Part shown: one piece after another, positions 48,259-58,402 of the stretch | Numbering within the stretch: position 1 is the stretch's first letter | Layout of the letters: each line of letters begins with the position of its first letter | Assembly (NCBI GenBank): GCA_965224085.1 | Contig: CBDCYI010000011.1 | Location: 896,001 to 960,000 of the forward strand | From: Candidatus Marinacidobacterales bacterium | GTDB taxonomy: Bacteria > Acidobacteriota > Vicinamibacteria > Marinacidobacterales > SMYC01 | Length of the DNA: 64,000 nucleotides | Direction of reading: 5' to 3' | Notes under the pieces: generated by a model | What the model was told of the DNA's origin: nothing | Databases searched by the model: none | What the model saw: only the letters and a program-made list of their open reading frames with translations | Position numbers and translations under genes: made by a program

Positions 48259-48360
48259 TAAGGAAAGGAGATGTGGGGATAGGAGGGGATAGAAGGATGT
48301 CTATTTTTTGGTCTCCACTTCTCCACACAGACCCACCTTTGCTTTTCTGACACGTCGATA
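48259..48360. repeat. Purine/pyrimidine hairpin element, copy 2
   Basis: aaggaaaggagatgtggggataggaggggatagaaggatgtct...tctccacttctccacaca...acacgtcga. Confidence 0.75.
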
Positions 48361-48403
48361 GGTCACAGGATGTGCTTTTTCAGTAGTCTAGAGAGAAGAG
48401 GAG

Positions 48404-49003
48404 ATGTTCACAGGACTCGTCCAAGCTGTCGGTGAAGTCGTGGCCCGTCGCGAAAAAGCGGAGTTCGTAGAGCTTACCATCGAGAGCGAGCTCATCGCCG
48501 CGTCGCTTGCCATCGGTGACAGCGTCGCCAATTCCGGCGTGTGTCTGACCGCGACTAAAGTCGACGGGGCCCGGTTCTCGCTCGACGTCGCGCCAGAAAC
48601 GCTGCGGCGCACGACTTTGGGAGTTCTTCTGGTTGGGGATAGAGTCAATTTAGAGCTCCCACTTCGTGCCGACGACCGCCTCGGGGGCCACTTCGTTCAG
48701 GGCCATGTCGATGAAGTAGGCCGCGTCGCGGTGTCGGGGGATCGTGACGGAGACTACGTGCTCCGGGTCGAGCATCAGAGCGAGGGCGACCGGCTCGTCG
48801 TTGAAAAAGGTTCGGTAGCGCTTCACGGTGTTAGCCTTACCGTAACCGGCTGCGCCGCGGGCTGGCTCGAGGTCATGCTCATCCCGCATACGCTCGAAGT
48901 GACAACGCTCGGAGCGCTCACGCCCGGCCACGGCGTCCATATCGAGTACGATATACTGGCGAAATATGTGGCTCGTTTCGCGGAGCCATATCGAGGCAAG
49001 TGA
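48404..49003 (+). CDS. ribE: Riboflavin synthase (alpha chain)
   Basis: MFTGLV, GDSVANSGVCLT, RLGGHFVQGHVD, KGSV..GVSLTV, LIPHT. Confidence 0.96.
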   Translation: MFTGLVQAVGEVVARREKAEFVELTIESELIAASLAIGDSVANSGVCLTATKVDGARFSLDVAPETLRRTTLGVLLVGDRVNLELPLRADDRLGGHFVQGHVDEVGRVAVSGDRDGDYVLRVEHQSEGDRLVVEKGSVALHGVSLTVTGCAAGWLEVMLIPHTLEVTTLGALTPGHGVHIEYDILAKYVARFAEPYRGK

Positions 49004-49011
49004 GGAGCTAG

Positions 49012-50250
49012 ATGGAATCAGAACACGCTGGGAAGGGCGAGGGTGCCGAGACGTTCGACACCATAGAATCGGCTCTCGAAGACATTCGTGCCGGCGAGAT
49101 GGTCATCGTCGTTGACGACGAGGATCGGGAGAACGAGGGCGATTTGACGATCGCGGCAGAGAAGGTCACTCCCGAGACCATCAATTTCATGGCCGCGCAT
49201 GGCCGCGGGCTCATCTGCTTGCCGATGACGGGTGAGCGGCTCGACGAGCTTCAAATCCCGTTGATGGTGACCGACAACACCTCGAATTACGGGACCGCCT
49301 TTTGCGTGTCCGTCGAGGCCAAAGTTGGCGTGAGCACCGGGATCTCGGCTGCGGATCGCGCGCGCACGGTGCTTGCGGCGGTTGATAGCGCCACGACGCC
49401 CGGCGACTTAGTGCGGCCGGGCCATATGTTCCCGCTGCGCGCGCGGCCGGGCGGTGTGTTGCAGCGATCGGGGCAGACTGAGGCTGCCGTGGATCTGGCG
49501 CGGATCGCGGGGCTCTATCCCGCCGGAGTCATTTGCGAAGTGATGAACGACGACGGCACGATGGCACGGGTCTCAGACCTCGAGCCATTCTCGAAAAAGC
49601 ACGGGATCAAGCTCGTCACGGTCGCGGATCTCATCCGCTACCGTTTGCGCACCGAGCGCCTCGTGACGCGCGTCTCCGAGGCACAGCTGCCGACAGATTA
49701 CGGGACGTTCCGCATCGCGGCCTTCGAGAGCGCCAATGACGGCGCCACGCACATGGCGCTCATCCTCGGTGACATCGTACCGGAGGAAGAAGTGCTCGTT
49801 CGCGTACACTCGCAATGCTTGACGGGAGAGGTCTTTCGTTCCAAACGCTGCGACTGCGGCGCGCAGCTCGAGGCGGCGCTGACGAAAATTGGAGAAGAAG
49901 GCAAAGGCGTCCTGCTCTACCTTCATCAAGAGGGCCGCGGGATCGGGCTCGCGAACAAGATTCGGGCATACGCGCTCCAGGACGAAGGCATGGACACGGT
50001 CGATGCCAACGAGAGCTTAGGATTCAAAGCCGATCAGCGTGAATACGGTATCGGCGCTCAAATTCTCGCGGAAATCGGGGTCCGCAACATTCGCCTTTTG
50101 ACCAACAACCCACGGAAGTTCGTTGCGCTCGAGGCCTACGGTCTTCACATCGCTGAGCGAGTTCCCATCGAGGTCGCCGCGAACGAAGTCTCGGAGTCCT
50201 ACTTGAAGACCAAGAAGGAGCGCATGGGTCACCTGCTCGAAAAGGTTTGA
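49012..50250 (+). CDS. ribBA: DHBP synthase / GTP cyclohydrolase II
   Basis: [46 protein letters not shown]. Confidence 0.96.
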   Translation: MESEHAGKGEGAETFDTIESALEDIRAGEMVIVVDDEDRENEGDLTIAAEKVTPETINFMAAHGRGLICLPMTGERLDELQIPLMVTDNTSNYGTAFCVSVEAKVGVSTGISAADRARTVLAAVDSATTPGDLVRPGHMFPLRARPGGVLQRSGQTEAAVDLARIAGLYPAGVICEVMNDDGTMARVSDLEPFSKKHGIKLVTVADLIRYRLRTERLVTRVSEAQLPTDYGTFRIAAFESANDGATHMALILGDIVPEEEVLVRVHSQCLTGEVFRSKRCDCGAQLEAALTKIGEEGKGVLLYLHQEGRGIGLANKIRAYALQDEGMDTVDANESLGFKADQREYGIGAQILAEIGVRNIRLLTNNPRKFVALEAYGLHIAERVPIEVAANEVSESYLKTKKERMGHLLEKV

Positions 50251-50257
50251 ACAGACC

Positions 50258-50722
50258 GTGATGAACCCGGAGTTTCTTAAACGGGTCCAGCTTTTTGAGC
50301 AACTATCCACCCCCGAACTCGCCGAAATTTTGATGCTCGGCGCAGTCAAAGAATACGAATTGGGAGAGGTGATTTTCGAAGACGGCTCACCTGGTGATTC
50401 GTTTTTTGTCATCTATGACGGCGCCGTGCGGATCACCAAGATGTTTCCGAACATGGGGGAGGAGGCGCTGACGGTTCTAGGGGCTGGAGACTTTCTAGGC
50501 GAGATGTCCTTTTTCGATAACGAACCGCGCTCGGCACGCGCGGTGGCGCACGAGGATGTGAAGCTGCTCGAGATCAGGAACGAGGAGTTCAAGAATCATC
50601 TCGAGCGCCGGCGCGAGGTTGCGTTGAAATTCCTATGGGGATTTTCACGGACCCTGTCCAAGCGGGTACGTGAGACCAACGATAAGTTCTCGGCGCTCTT
50701 CGCGATTTCCAGGGCTTTCTAG
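50258..50722 (+). CDS. Stand-alone cyclic-nucleotide-binding domain protein
   Basis: IFEDG.PGD.FF.I..G.V, GDFLGEMS...PRSA; no HTH. Confidence 0.88.
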   Translation: MMNPEFLKRVQLFEQLSTPELAEILMLGAVKEYELGEVIFEDGSPGDSFFVIYDGAVRITKMFPNMGEEALTVLGAGDFLGEMSFFDNEPRSARAVAHEDVKLLEIRNEEFKNHLERRREVALKFLWGFSRTLSKRVRETNDKFSALFAISRAF

Positions 50723-50799
50723 CTGTTTCGCGCAAATACCTCAAGTGAAGCCTCACCTTCTCGGCCGTTAGGGTCTGAAAATACAGGCCTGAATCCTAC

Positions 50800-50828
50800 T
50801 TGACTTTGACCATGGGGTCTTCTAACAT
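50800..50828 (+). promoter_or_regulatory. Sigma-70 promoter of the ffh operon
   Basis: TTGACT-N17-TAACAT. Confidence 0.6.
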
Positions 50829-50881
50829 TAACTGTTGCACCATTTAACGGGGAGATCCATCTCCTTAACCACACTTTAGCG

Positions 50882-52222
50882 ATGTTTGAGCAGATTTCGG
50901 CGAAGCTCCAAGGTGCCTTCAAAACGCTCCGCGGTCAAGCGCGCCTAAAAGAAGAACATGTCGACGAGGCGCTGAGAGAGATCCGTCTCGCGCTACTCGA
51001 AGCGGACGTGCAGTTCAAAGTCGCAAGGGATTTCGTCGGGCGCGTGCGCGAGCGAGCGGTCGGCGAGGAAATCCTCGGCTCGCTCACTGCCGCGCAGCAG
51101 GTGATCAAGATCACGCGCGACGAGATGGTGACGCTGCTCGGGGGGCAAGAGGCCGAGCTCGAGCTGAGGGAGCGGTGGCCGTCTGTCGTTCTGCTGGCTG
51201 GGCTTCAGGGTTCAGGCAAGACGACCTCTTCGGCGAAGCTTGCGCGCGTCCTGTGCGCATCGGGGAAACACCCTGCGCTCGTCTCAGTCGACGTGCGGCG
51301 TCCCGCCGCTATACAACAGCTGAGAGTGCTCGGGCAATCGCTCGAGCTTCCAGTAATCGAGCCAGAGACTCTCGATCCGGTCGACCGCGCTCGTGCTGCC
51401 ATGCGAGATGCGCGCGATCACGGATTTGACGTGCTGATTGTGGATACCGCTGGCCGAGCACATGTCGACGAAGAGCTTATGTCGGAGCTCCAAGCGCTCG
51501 TCGCCGAGACCGAGCCCTGCGAAACCTTGTTCGTCGCCGATTCGATGACGGGGCAGGACGCCGTAAACAGTGCTTCGAGCTTTGGCGAGGCCGTACGCCT
51601 GACCGGTCACGTTTTGACGAAGCTCGATGGGGATGCGCGCGGCGGCGCGGCGCTTTCGATTGCCGCGGTAACCGGGGTTCCCATCAAGTTCGTCGGCGTC
51701 GGCGAGAAGCTCGACGCGTTTGAGCCCTTCCGGCCCGAGCGGATGGCGTCTCGTATTCTCGGTATGGGCGACCTGCTGAGCCTCATCGAGAAGGCAGAGC
51801 AGACTTTCGCAAAGGAAAGTGCTGCGGAGTTGGCGCGCAAAATGCAGAGCGACGAGCTGTCGCTCGAGGATTTTCGCCAGCAGCTTCGGCAGATGAAACG
51901 GATGGGCTCGCTCTCGGAGCTTATGAGCTTTTTGCCGGGGACCTCCCAAATGCCGGCGGAAGTGCACGAGTCCGAGCTAAAGCGCTTTGAAGCGATTTTG
52001 GATTCCATGACGCGGCACGAGCGCAACCATCCCCAGGTGGTCAACGGAGCCCGCCGTCGGCGGATCGCGCGAGGAAGCGGCACGGCCGTTTCGGACGTTA
52101 ACCGTCTGCTTCGGCGCTTTGCCGAGGCGCGCAAGATGGTACGCAAGATTTCCCGTCTTCAAAAAAGCGGCAAAGGTAGCTCGAAAAAGCTCGCCCGCAT
52201 GCTTGGCGGGTTCTCTAGGTAG
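50882..52222 (+). CDS. ffh: Signal recognition particle protein
   Basis: ALLEADV, GLQGSGKTT, DTAGR, KLDGDARGGAALS, RILGMGD, M domain RRRRIARGSG. Confidence 0.97.
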   Translation: MFEQISAKLQGAFKTLRGQARLKEEHVDEALREIRLALLEADVQFKVARDFVGRVRERAVGEEILGSLTAAQQVIKITRDEMVTLLGGQEAELELRERWPSVVLLAGLQGSGKTTSSAKLARVLCASGKHPALVSVDVRRPAAIQQLRVLGQSLELPVIEPETLDPVDRARAAMRDARDHGFDVLIVDTAGRAHVDEELMSELQALVAETEPCETLFVADSMTGQDAVNSASSFGEAVRLTGHVLTKLDGDARGGAALSIAAVTGVPIKFVGVGEKLDAFEPFRPERMASRILGMGDLLSLIEKAEQTFAKESAAELARKMQSDELSLEDFRQQLRQMKRMGSLSELMSFLPGTSQMPAEVHESELKRFEAILDSMTRHERNHPQVVNGARRRRIARGSGTAVSDVNRLLRRFAEARKMVRKISRLQKSGKGSSKKLARMLGGFSR

Positions 52223-52260
52223 AACACTTTTTGTGAGGGGAGGAGGTCAATGAGCATTTC

Positions 52261-52497
52261 ATGTTGAGAATACGTTTAGCACGCAGAGGGAGCAAAAAGC
52301 GTCCCCACTACCGCGTCGTCGTCTCGGATTCCGCCACAGGACGTGGCGGAGACATCGTGGAGAATGTCGGCACTTACGAGCCGAAGCCGGAGGAGACCAA
52401 GGTCACGCTCAAGCGCGATCGGATCGACTATTGGATATCCAAGGGTGCGTTGGCGACGGATACGGTCAAGAGTCTCATCAAGAACAATCCCGTTTGA
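52261..52497 (+). CDS. rpsP: 30S ribosomal protein S16
   Basis: MLRIRLARRGSKKRPHYRVVV..YWISKGA. Confidence 0.96.
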   Translation: MLRIRLARRGSKKRPHYRVVVSDSATGRGGDIVENVGTYEPKPEETKVTLKRDRIDYWISKGALATDTVKSLIKNNPV

Positions 52498-52548
52498 GGG
52501 TCGGACGGTTCTTGGGACCTTGCAGGGGCGCTGGCAGGAGGAAACGGT

Positions 52549-52779
52549 ATGAAGGAACTGTTGGAGCTCATTGCCAAAGCACTAGTCGACCATCCCGAAG
52601 AAGTCTCAGTATCTGAAGTTGGAGGAGAGCAGACCACGATCCTGGAACTCAGCGTGGCGCAGGACGATCTCGGTAAAGTCATTGGTAAGCAAGGGCGGAC
52701 GGCGAGGGCCATTCGAACCCTTTTGTCCGCCGCTGGAACGAAAATTGGAAAGCGTCTTCACTTGGAAATCATCGAGTGA
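52549..52779 (+). CDS. khpA: KH-domain RNA-binding protein KhpA
   Basis: [26 protein letters not shown]. Confidence 0.93.
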   Translation: MKELLELIAKALVDHPEEVSVSEVGGEQTTILELSVAQDDLGKVIGKQGRTARAIRTLLSAAGTKIGKRLHLEIIE

Positions 52780-53333
52780 TTTGTGAAATGGTGGAGCAGT
52801 TTCTCGATTGGGCCGATCTCGTGGCCCTCGGCGAGATCGCGAAAGCGCACGGACGCTATGGGGAAGTCATTTTGAACACGAGATCCGATCAGCCCGAGCG
52901 CTTTTCCCGGCTTTTGCATGTTTTCGTCGAAGGTGCGGATGGCCGTCCCGAGGCAGTCGAGGTCGAGAGCGCTCGGATCCACAAGGGGCGGCCCGTCGTG
53001 AAGCTCGCCTGTATATCGAGCATCGGAGATGCCGCGGCGCTCGTTGGCAAAGAGCTCCGCATCCCGGAATCGGAGCTCGATCCGCTTCCCGACGGCAGCA
53101 TCTACCACTTCGATATCGTCGGAGCTACGGTGGAGGACCGCAAACGCGGCGTGATCGGAGTCGTCGAGAAAGTGATCTCGACGGGCGGCACCGATGTGCT
53201 CGTCGTGCGCTCGGCCGATGACCACGAGCAGCTCTTGCCGCTTTGCGACGAAATTTGCCGCCGCATCGATCGAGACGCGCGGCGCATCGAGATCGACGCG
53301 CCAGAAGGACTTATTGGACTCAATGCGCATTGA
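52776..53333 (+). CDS. rimM: Ribosome maturation factor RimM
   Basis: [30 protein letters not shown]; operon position. Confidence 0.92.
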   Translation: MICEMVEQFLDWADLVALGEIAKAHGRYGEVILNTRSDQPERFSRLLHVFVEGADGRPEAVEVESARIHKGRPVVKLACISSIGDAAALVGKELRIPESELDPLPDGSIYHFDIVGATVEDRKRGVIGVVEKVISTGGTDVLVVRSADDHEQLLPLCDEICRRIDRDARRIEIDAPEGLIGLNAH

Positions 53334-54015
53334 CATCGTCACTATCTTTCCGGAGATGTTCAGAGACGTCTTCGAGTTCGGCATCCTCCGTCGCGCGCGC
53401 GACAGAGGCATCGTCGACCTGTCGGCGCACGACCTCCGCAAATGGACGACGGACCGTCACCGGACAACGGATGACTCTCCGTACGGGGGAGGCCCGGGCA
53501 TGGTGATGAAGATCGAGCCTTTGGTTGCCGCAGTGGAAGAGCTCGTCGCAGAATCTGGTATCGATGGCTCGAAACGCCGCATCATCCTCTTGTCACCGCG
53601 CGGCGAGCCGCTGAGCCAGCCCAAAGTGCGCCACATCTCGGCGGCCGAACATGTGGTGCTCGTCGCCGGCCGCTATGAGGGTGTCGACGAGCGTTTCGTC
53701 GTCGCCACCGGCGCGGAAGAAATCTCGATCGGCGACTACGTGCTTTCGGGGGGCGAGATCCCCGCGATGATCATGGCCGACGCTTTGGTGAGGCTGCTTC
53801 CGGGGGCACTCGCGGATCCGGCGTCGGCCGAGCAGGATTCGTTCAGCGATGGAGTGCTCGATTGTCCTCACTACACGCGTCCAGCGGTGTTCCGCGGCCT
53901 GCGTGTACCCGAAATCTTGCTCTCGGGCGATCACGCCGCTGTTGATGCGTGGCGTTCGAGGCGCGCGCTCGACGACACGCGTGCGCGACGGCCGGAGCTG
54001 CTGCAGAGTACATAA
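53323..54015 (+). CDS. trmD: tRNA (guanine-N1)-methyltransferase
   Basis: [45 protein letters not shown]. Confidence 0.97.
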   Translation: MRIDIVTIFPEMFRDVFEFGILRRARDRGIVDLSAHDLRKWTTDRHRTTDDSPYGGGPGMVMKIEPLVAAVEELVAESGIDGSKRRIILLSPRGEPLSQPKVRHISAAEHVVLVAGRYEGVDERFVVATGAEEISIGDYVLSGGEIPAMIMADALVRLLPGALADPASAEQDSFSDGVLDCPHYTRPAVFRGLRVPEILLSGDHAAVDAWRSRRALDDTRARRPELLQST

Positions 54016-54056
54016 ATAACACTAGCTATTCACAGACACTCAAAAGGAAGATCGAA

Positions 54057-54404
54057 ATGAATGTTATCGACAAATTGGACGCCCGCGAGCTCAGGAGCGA
54101 TCTCCCTGAGCTTCGGCCTGGCGACACGGTCAAAATGCACGTCCGTGTGAAAGAGGGGGACAAGGAGCGTGTGCAACTCTTCGAAGGCATGGTGATCGCT
54201 TTGAAGGGGAGCGGTCCTCGCGCCACGGTCACAGTCCGCAAGACGTCGTTCGGCACGGGCGTGGAGCGTATTTTTCCGCTGCATGCGCGCACGATCGACA
54301 AAATCGAAATCGTCCGTTCACATCACGTGAGGCGCGCGAAGCTCTATTTCATGCGTCAACGCAAAGGGAAGGCCGCTCGGCTTCGCGAGAAGAGGACGTC
54401 CTAG
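54057..54404 (+). CDS. rplS: 50S ribosomal protein L19
   Basis: PGDTV..KEGDKERVQLFEG..GVERIFP..VRRAKLYF. Confidence 0.97.
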   Translation: MNVIDKLDARELRSDLPELRPGDTVKMHVRVKEGDKERVQLFEGMVIALKGSGPRATVTVRKTSFGTGVERIFPLHARTIDKIEIVRSHHVRRAKLYFMRQRKGKAARLREKRTS

Positions 54405-54446
54405 TCAGTCGTCAAGTTGCCAGCTAACCACTAGAGCACTCCAAAA

Positions 54447-57400
54447 ATGGCCCTCAACAAAGACAAGATCTTCAAAGCAGCGGACAAAGCGATCCGCGCG
54501 AACAAGATCGAAAAGGCCATCAAGGAGTACGAAACCTGGCTCAACGAAAACCCGCGCGATTGGAATACCGTCCGCCAGGTCGGCGATCTCTATAGTCGCG
54601 TGGGACGTAGAGACGAAGCGATCAAGAAATACGCTCTCGTCGCGGACCACTTCAAGCGGGATGGCTTCAACGTTCGCGCCATCGCGACGCACAAAATGAT
54701 TCTGCGTCTCGACTCACACAACGAAGCCGCGATGCGAAACCTCGCCGAGCTTCAGGCGGAAGAAGGCCTCCTGATGGAGGCCAAATCGCATTTCCAGACA
54801 CTTGTCGAGCTCTATACCAAGCAGGGCCACAAAAAGCGCGCGGCTGAAGTATTCAAGAAGCTCGCCGAGATCGACCCTCAAGACGTCAAGATCCGCTACA
54901 AATATGCGGAGTTCCTGAGCAAACAGGGTAAGGCGGACGAGGCTTCGAGGGAATATGTCGGTATCGCCGACCAGTTCATCGGCCAGGGACTCGTCGACGA
55001 GGCGGTCAAGATCCTCGAGCAAGGTCGATCGCTGGCTACCAGCGATCCCGTTCTGAAGGTAAAGTTGGCCCAAGCACATTCACTGCACGGCAACCACGTC
55101 CCCGCTATCTCCTTACTCGAGGAAGTTCGGGGGACGGATCCAAACGATCCGGTTTTGCTGGCTCGGCTGGGCGAGGCTTATCTCGGCTCCGCGAACATGA
55201 TGGAGGCGGAGTCCGTCTTCCAGAAACTTCAAGAGGTGGATCCGCAAAATCCGGACAACACGCTCCGTCTCGCAGATCTGCGTATTGCACAATCCAAGTT
55301 CGACGACGCGCTTCAGCAGCTTACCGTCCTCGTCGACAGGGAAGTGGCGAATAACGAGGGCGGTAAGGCCGTTGAGCTCTTGCAGAAAATCCTCAGCAAA
55401 GAGCCTTATCACGTGAAATCGCTTCTCAAGCTCGCCGAAGTTCATACGATCTTGAAGAACGATTCCGGCAGGGTCACGGCTTACGACAGTCTGTGTGAGG
55501 CCTACCATCTGGCCGGCGATGCCGAGAAAGCCGTGCACGTGGCGGAGCAGCTCGTCGCACTCGAGCCCGAGAACGCGCAACACAAGGATCGGCTGAGTTT
55601 TCTCAAGTCTAAGCTTGCCGGGCCGCCGCCGCCCGAGGTTCCAAGCGCGGCGCGTCACGCTCAACAGGCTCAATCGCCTGCGCCCGAGATAGAGATCGAT
55701 GATACCGTCCCCGATTTCGATGAGATCGCGGAAGTCGACTTAAGCGAAGCCGTTTCCGAGGGCTTCGAGGCCGAGCTTACTTTGGACGACCCCGAGTCTG
55801 CGCCGGGGGTAGTACCTACTGGATCTCCTGTATCGGGGGCGGTGCCCATCGCGGCCGAGCTAGGAGAGATGATCGAGCTCACCCAAGAGGACGAGGAGAA
55901 CATTAGAGAGAAGCTGACGGAGGCCGAAGTGTTCGTCAAGTACGGACTCGTCGACAAAGCCATCACCCAGCTTCTCGACGTCCTCGAGAGTTTCCGCTTT
56001 CATGTCGATTCGCGCGCCAAGCTAGTCGAGATCTACAAAGAGCAGAATATGGCGCGCGAAGCCTCCGAGCAGCTGATGCAGTTGGCCCAGGTCTACGATC
56101 AGATCGGGCGTAGCAGTGACGCAAGCCAAGCTCGAGAAGAAGCCGCGGAGCTCAACCCAGCGCTGGCCGCCGAGACCGCGAGCGCCGAGCTTGCGGCTCG
56201 GGAAGAGCTCGAATTGACTCTCGCCCCGGAAACGGATTCGGATCTCGGCGATGTCGAGCTAGAGTCGGACGCGCCTGCGATAGGGGCCGATATGTTTTTG
56301 AGCCCAGCGGCCGAGGACGTACCGGTCGTCGAGGAAGAGGAATTCGCCGTTGTTGTCGCGGATGATAATTTTGCAATCGACGATTCTGAGGGCGAAGGCA
56401 CCGCGCTGAATCTTTCGCTCGACGAGGAGGAGTTCGACGTTGCCGTCGAGCCCGAGGCTGGCGATGAGGACTTTACCGTCGATCTCAGCGATGTTGCTCA
56501 GAGCTCACCGGACGTCTCGCTCGATGGCCTTGATGGTGGTGGTGGGCTCGAGATGAATGTGGACGCATCCGACTTCGAGGAAGAGATCTCCCTCTCCTTG
56601 AAGGAAGGTCTCGCCGAGGGCGACCAGGCAGCCAGCGACGAAGAGCTCGGTGATTTTTCCGTCTCCCTCGACGAGGAAGAGTTTTCAGTGGAGCTCCCGG
56701 AAGCTTTGGCGGATGACGACGACGACGACGACCTCGTAGCCCTTCCAGATGCCCCGTCGGTCGACGACATCGCTATCGATGTTCCCGACGACGTCCCGTC
56801 GGTCGACGACATGGCCATCGATGTTCCCGACGACGTTCCGTCGGTCGACGACATGGCCATCGATGTTCCCGACGACGTTCCGTCGATCGACAATATCCGA
56901 ATCGATGTTCCCTCGGTCGACGAGATAGTCTTTATCGAGGAGCCTACAGATGCTGCGGCAGAAATTCCCCCGCCTCCTAAAGAGCCTGTCCTCGAGCCGC
57001 GCGCGGCTGCGGCGGCGAGCCCGGTGGCTGCGGAGCTCGTAGAAGTCGATGAGTACATCGCGTTGGGCCTCTACGAGGACGCCCGCGATACGTTGCGCGA
57101 GCTTTTGAAGCAACATCCCGGCGACGAAGCCGTCATTGCCAAGCTCGAAGAGCTCGGATTCTCCGCCAAGCCGACCGAGCCTGCTCTGTCCGCCGCCGCG
57201 ATGGCTCCGAGCACCGAGCTTCAAGAAAATATCGAGGTCGAACAAGATCCGACAGCGGCGGCTCTACTCGACACGTCTCGCGAGGGATCGAACGATATGA
57301 GTCTCGAGTCGCTTGTCGACCCGCCCGCGCCGGATCCGATGGACGCTCCGCGAGGGACGGAGGAACCGTTCATCGACTTGGCCTCAGAGCTTTCCGACGA

Positions 57401-57893
57401 GATTTTCGGGACCCAAGCTGCGGTCGATGATGATATCGAGCCTGATGGTCCGATGACTGATCCGGGCCTCGACCAAATATTCAAGGAGTTCCGCAAGGGC
57501 GTCGAAAAACAGCTTGGAGCCGAGGACTACGACACACGGTACAACCTGGGGATTGCTTACAAAGAGATGGGCCTGTTAGACGAAGCTATTGCAGAGTTCC
57601 AGCTAGCAGCCAAAGACGAGGTTCGCGGGCTCGAATGCTGCAGCATGTTGGGTTTGTGTTTCATGGAGAAAGGCATGCCCCACATAGCCATCAAGTGGTT
57701 CTCCAAGGGGCTGGGGCTTCCCGGTCGTCGCGTCGAAGAGTATCAAGGGCTCCGCTACGACCTCGCCCAAGCCCATCAAGCTGCCAGCGAGCCTGAGCGC
57801 GCGCTCGAGCTCTACATGGAGGTCTACAAGGACAACGCTCGCTTCCGTGACGTCAAGGATCGCGTTCGTGAGCTTCAGGCAACGCGAAAGTGA
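54447..57893 (+). CDS. Large TPR protein with long acidic linker (SgmX/FimV-like architecture)
   Basis: N-terminal TPR array, D/E-rich disordered middle, EAEVFVKYGL and EVDEYIALGL motifs, C-terminal TRYNLGIAYKEMGL TPRs. Confidence 0.8.
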   Translation: MALNKDKIFKAADKAIRANKIEKAIKEYETWLNENPRDWNTVRQVGDLYSRVGRRDEAIKKYALVADHFKRDGFNVRAIATHKMILRLDSHNEAAMRNLAELQAEEGLLMEAKSHFQTLVELYTKQGHKKRAAEVFKKLAEIDPQDVKIRYKYAEFLSKQGKADEASREYVGIADQFIGQGLVDEAVKILEQGRSLATSDPVLKVKLAQAHSLHGNHVPAISLLEEVRGTDPNDPVLLARLGEAYLGSANMMEAESVFQKLQEVDPQNPDNTLRLADLRIAQSKFDDALQQLTVLVDREVANNEGGKAVELLQKILSKEPYHVKSLLKLAEVHTILKNDSGRVTAYDSLCEAYHLAGDAEKAVHVAEQLVALEPENAQHKDRLSFLKSKLAGPPPPEVPSAARHAQQAQSPAPEIEIDDTVPDFDEIAEVDLSEAVSEGFEAELTLDDPESAPGVVPTGSPVSGAVPIAAELGEMIELTQEDEENIREKLTEAEVFVKYGLVDKAITQLLDVLESFRFHVDSRAKLVEIYKEQNMAREASEQLMQLAQVYDQIGRSSDASQAREEAAELNPALAAETASAELAAREELELTLAPETDSDLGDVELESDAPAIGADMFLSPAAEDVPVVEEEEFAVVVADDNFAIDDSEGEGTALNLSLDEEEFDVAVEPEAGDEDFTVDLSDVAQSSPDVSLDGLDGGGGLEMNVDASDFEEEISLSLKEGLAEGDQAASDEELGDFSVSLDEEEFSVELPEALADDDDDDDLVALPDAPSVDDIAIDVPDDVPSVDDMAIDVPDDVPSVDDMAIDVPDDVPSIDNIRIDVPSVDEIVFIEEPTDAAAEIPPPPKEPVLEPRAAAAASPVAAELVEVDEYIALGLYEDARDTLRELLKQHPGDEAVIAKLEELGFSAKPTEPALSAAAMAPSTELQENIEVEQDPTAAALLDTSREGSNDMSLESLVDPPAPDPMDAPRGTEEPFIDLASELSDEIFGTQAAVDDDIEPDGPMTDPGLDQIFKEFRKGVEKQLGAEDYDTRYNLGIAYKEMGLLDEAIAEFQLAAKDEVRGLECCSMLGLCFMEKGMPHIAIKWFSKGLGLPGRRVEEYQGLRYDLAQAHQAASEPERALELYMEVYKDNARFRDVKDRVRELQATRK
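56754..56924 (+). repeat. In-frame 42-bp tandem repeat (PSVDDMAIDVPDDV), three full and two partial copies
   Basis: ccgtcggtcgacgacatggccatcgatgttcccgacgacgtt units at 56754, 56796 and 56838, partial at 56880 and 56910. Confidence 0.9.
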
Positions 57894-57985
57894 CGCTCTG
57901 GTTCTTTTCGGCCGCCTATCGTGCCAACGGTTCGTTCGATCGGGTTGGCCTGGGTTCCTGCTCGGTTTATAGGCTGGGTTCCTGA

Positions 57986-58327
57986 ATGATGGTCGATCGC
58001 CAGTGGTTCATTCTCTACGTTCTCGTATGTCTCGAGATTGGGCTCTTTCTCACGCTAGTACCCTGGTCGGCGATCTGGGAGCGGAACTATTTCCTGGATG
58101 CCTATCCGGGCCTTCGGCCGTACATGTTGGCGCCCACGCTTCGAGGCGCTGTCTGCGGGCTGGGTCTCGCAAATATCTATCTCGGGATCAGCGAGGTCCT
58201 GAATCGATGGCGGGCTTCGATAGAGCGCCAAGAGCTCGAGGAGGAGCTCTCCCGCCATTGCCGGCGGGACGACCGGCTCGCGCCCACAGAGGCTCGGAAC
58301 GCGCTCGCGGCACCCGAGGATTCCTGA
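57986..58327 (+). CDS. Small hypothetical membrane protein
   Basis: Two hydrophobic segments, LEIGLFL..PWS.IWERNYF..RGAV.GLG..N. Confidence 0.7.
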   Translation: MMVDRQWFILYVLVCLEIGLFLTLVPWSAIWERNYFLDAYPGLRPYMLAPTLRGAVCGLGLANIYLGISEVLNRWRASIERQELEEELSRHCRRDDRLAPTEARNALAAPEDS

Positions 58328-58402
58328 TCCGACAGCGTTTTGTCAGACGGGAATCAAGTGGGGGCACGAGAGCGCTCCTGCGGCCGTTTTGGTGAAACAA
58401 AG

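Noticed and set aside
58319-58356. CCTGATCCG upstream of thiE, resembling the TPP riboswitch core
   Set aside because: It lacks the CTGAGA element and the AGGGA closing segment; it is a simple imperfect hairpin (gattcc...ggaatc).
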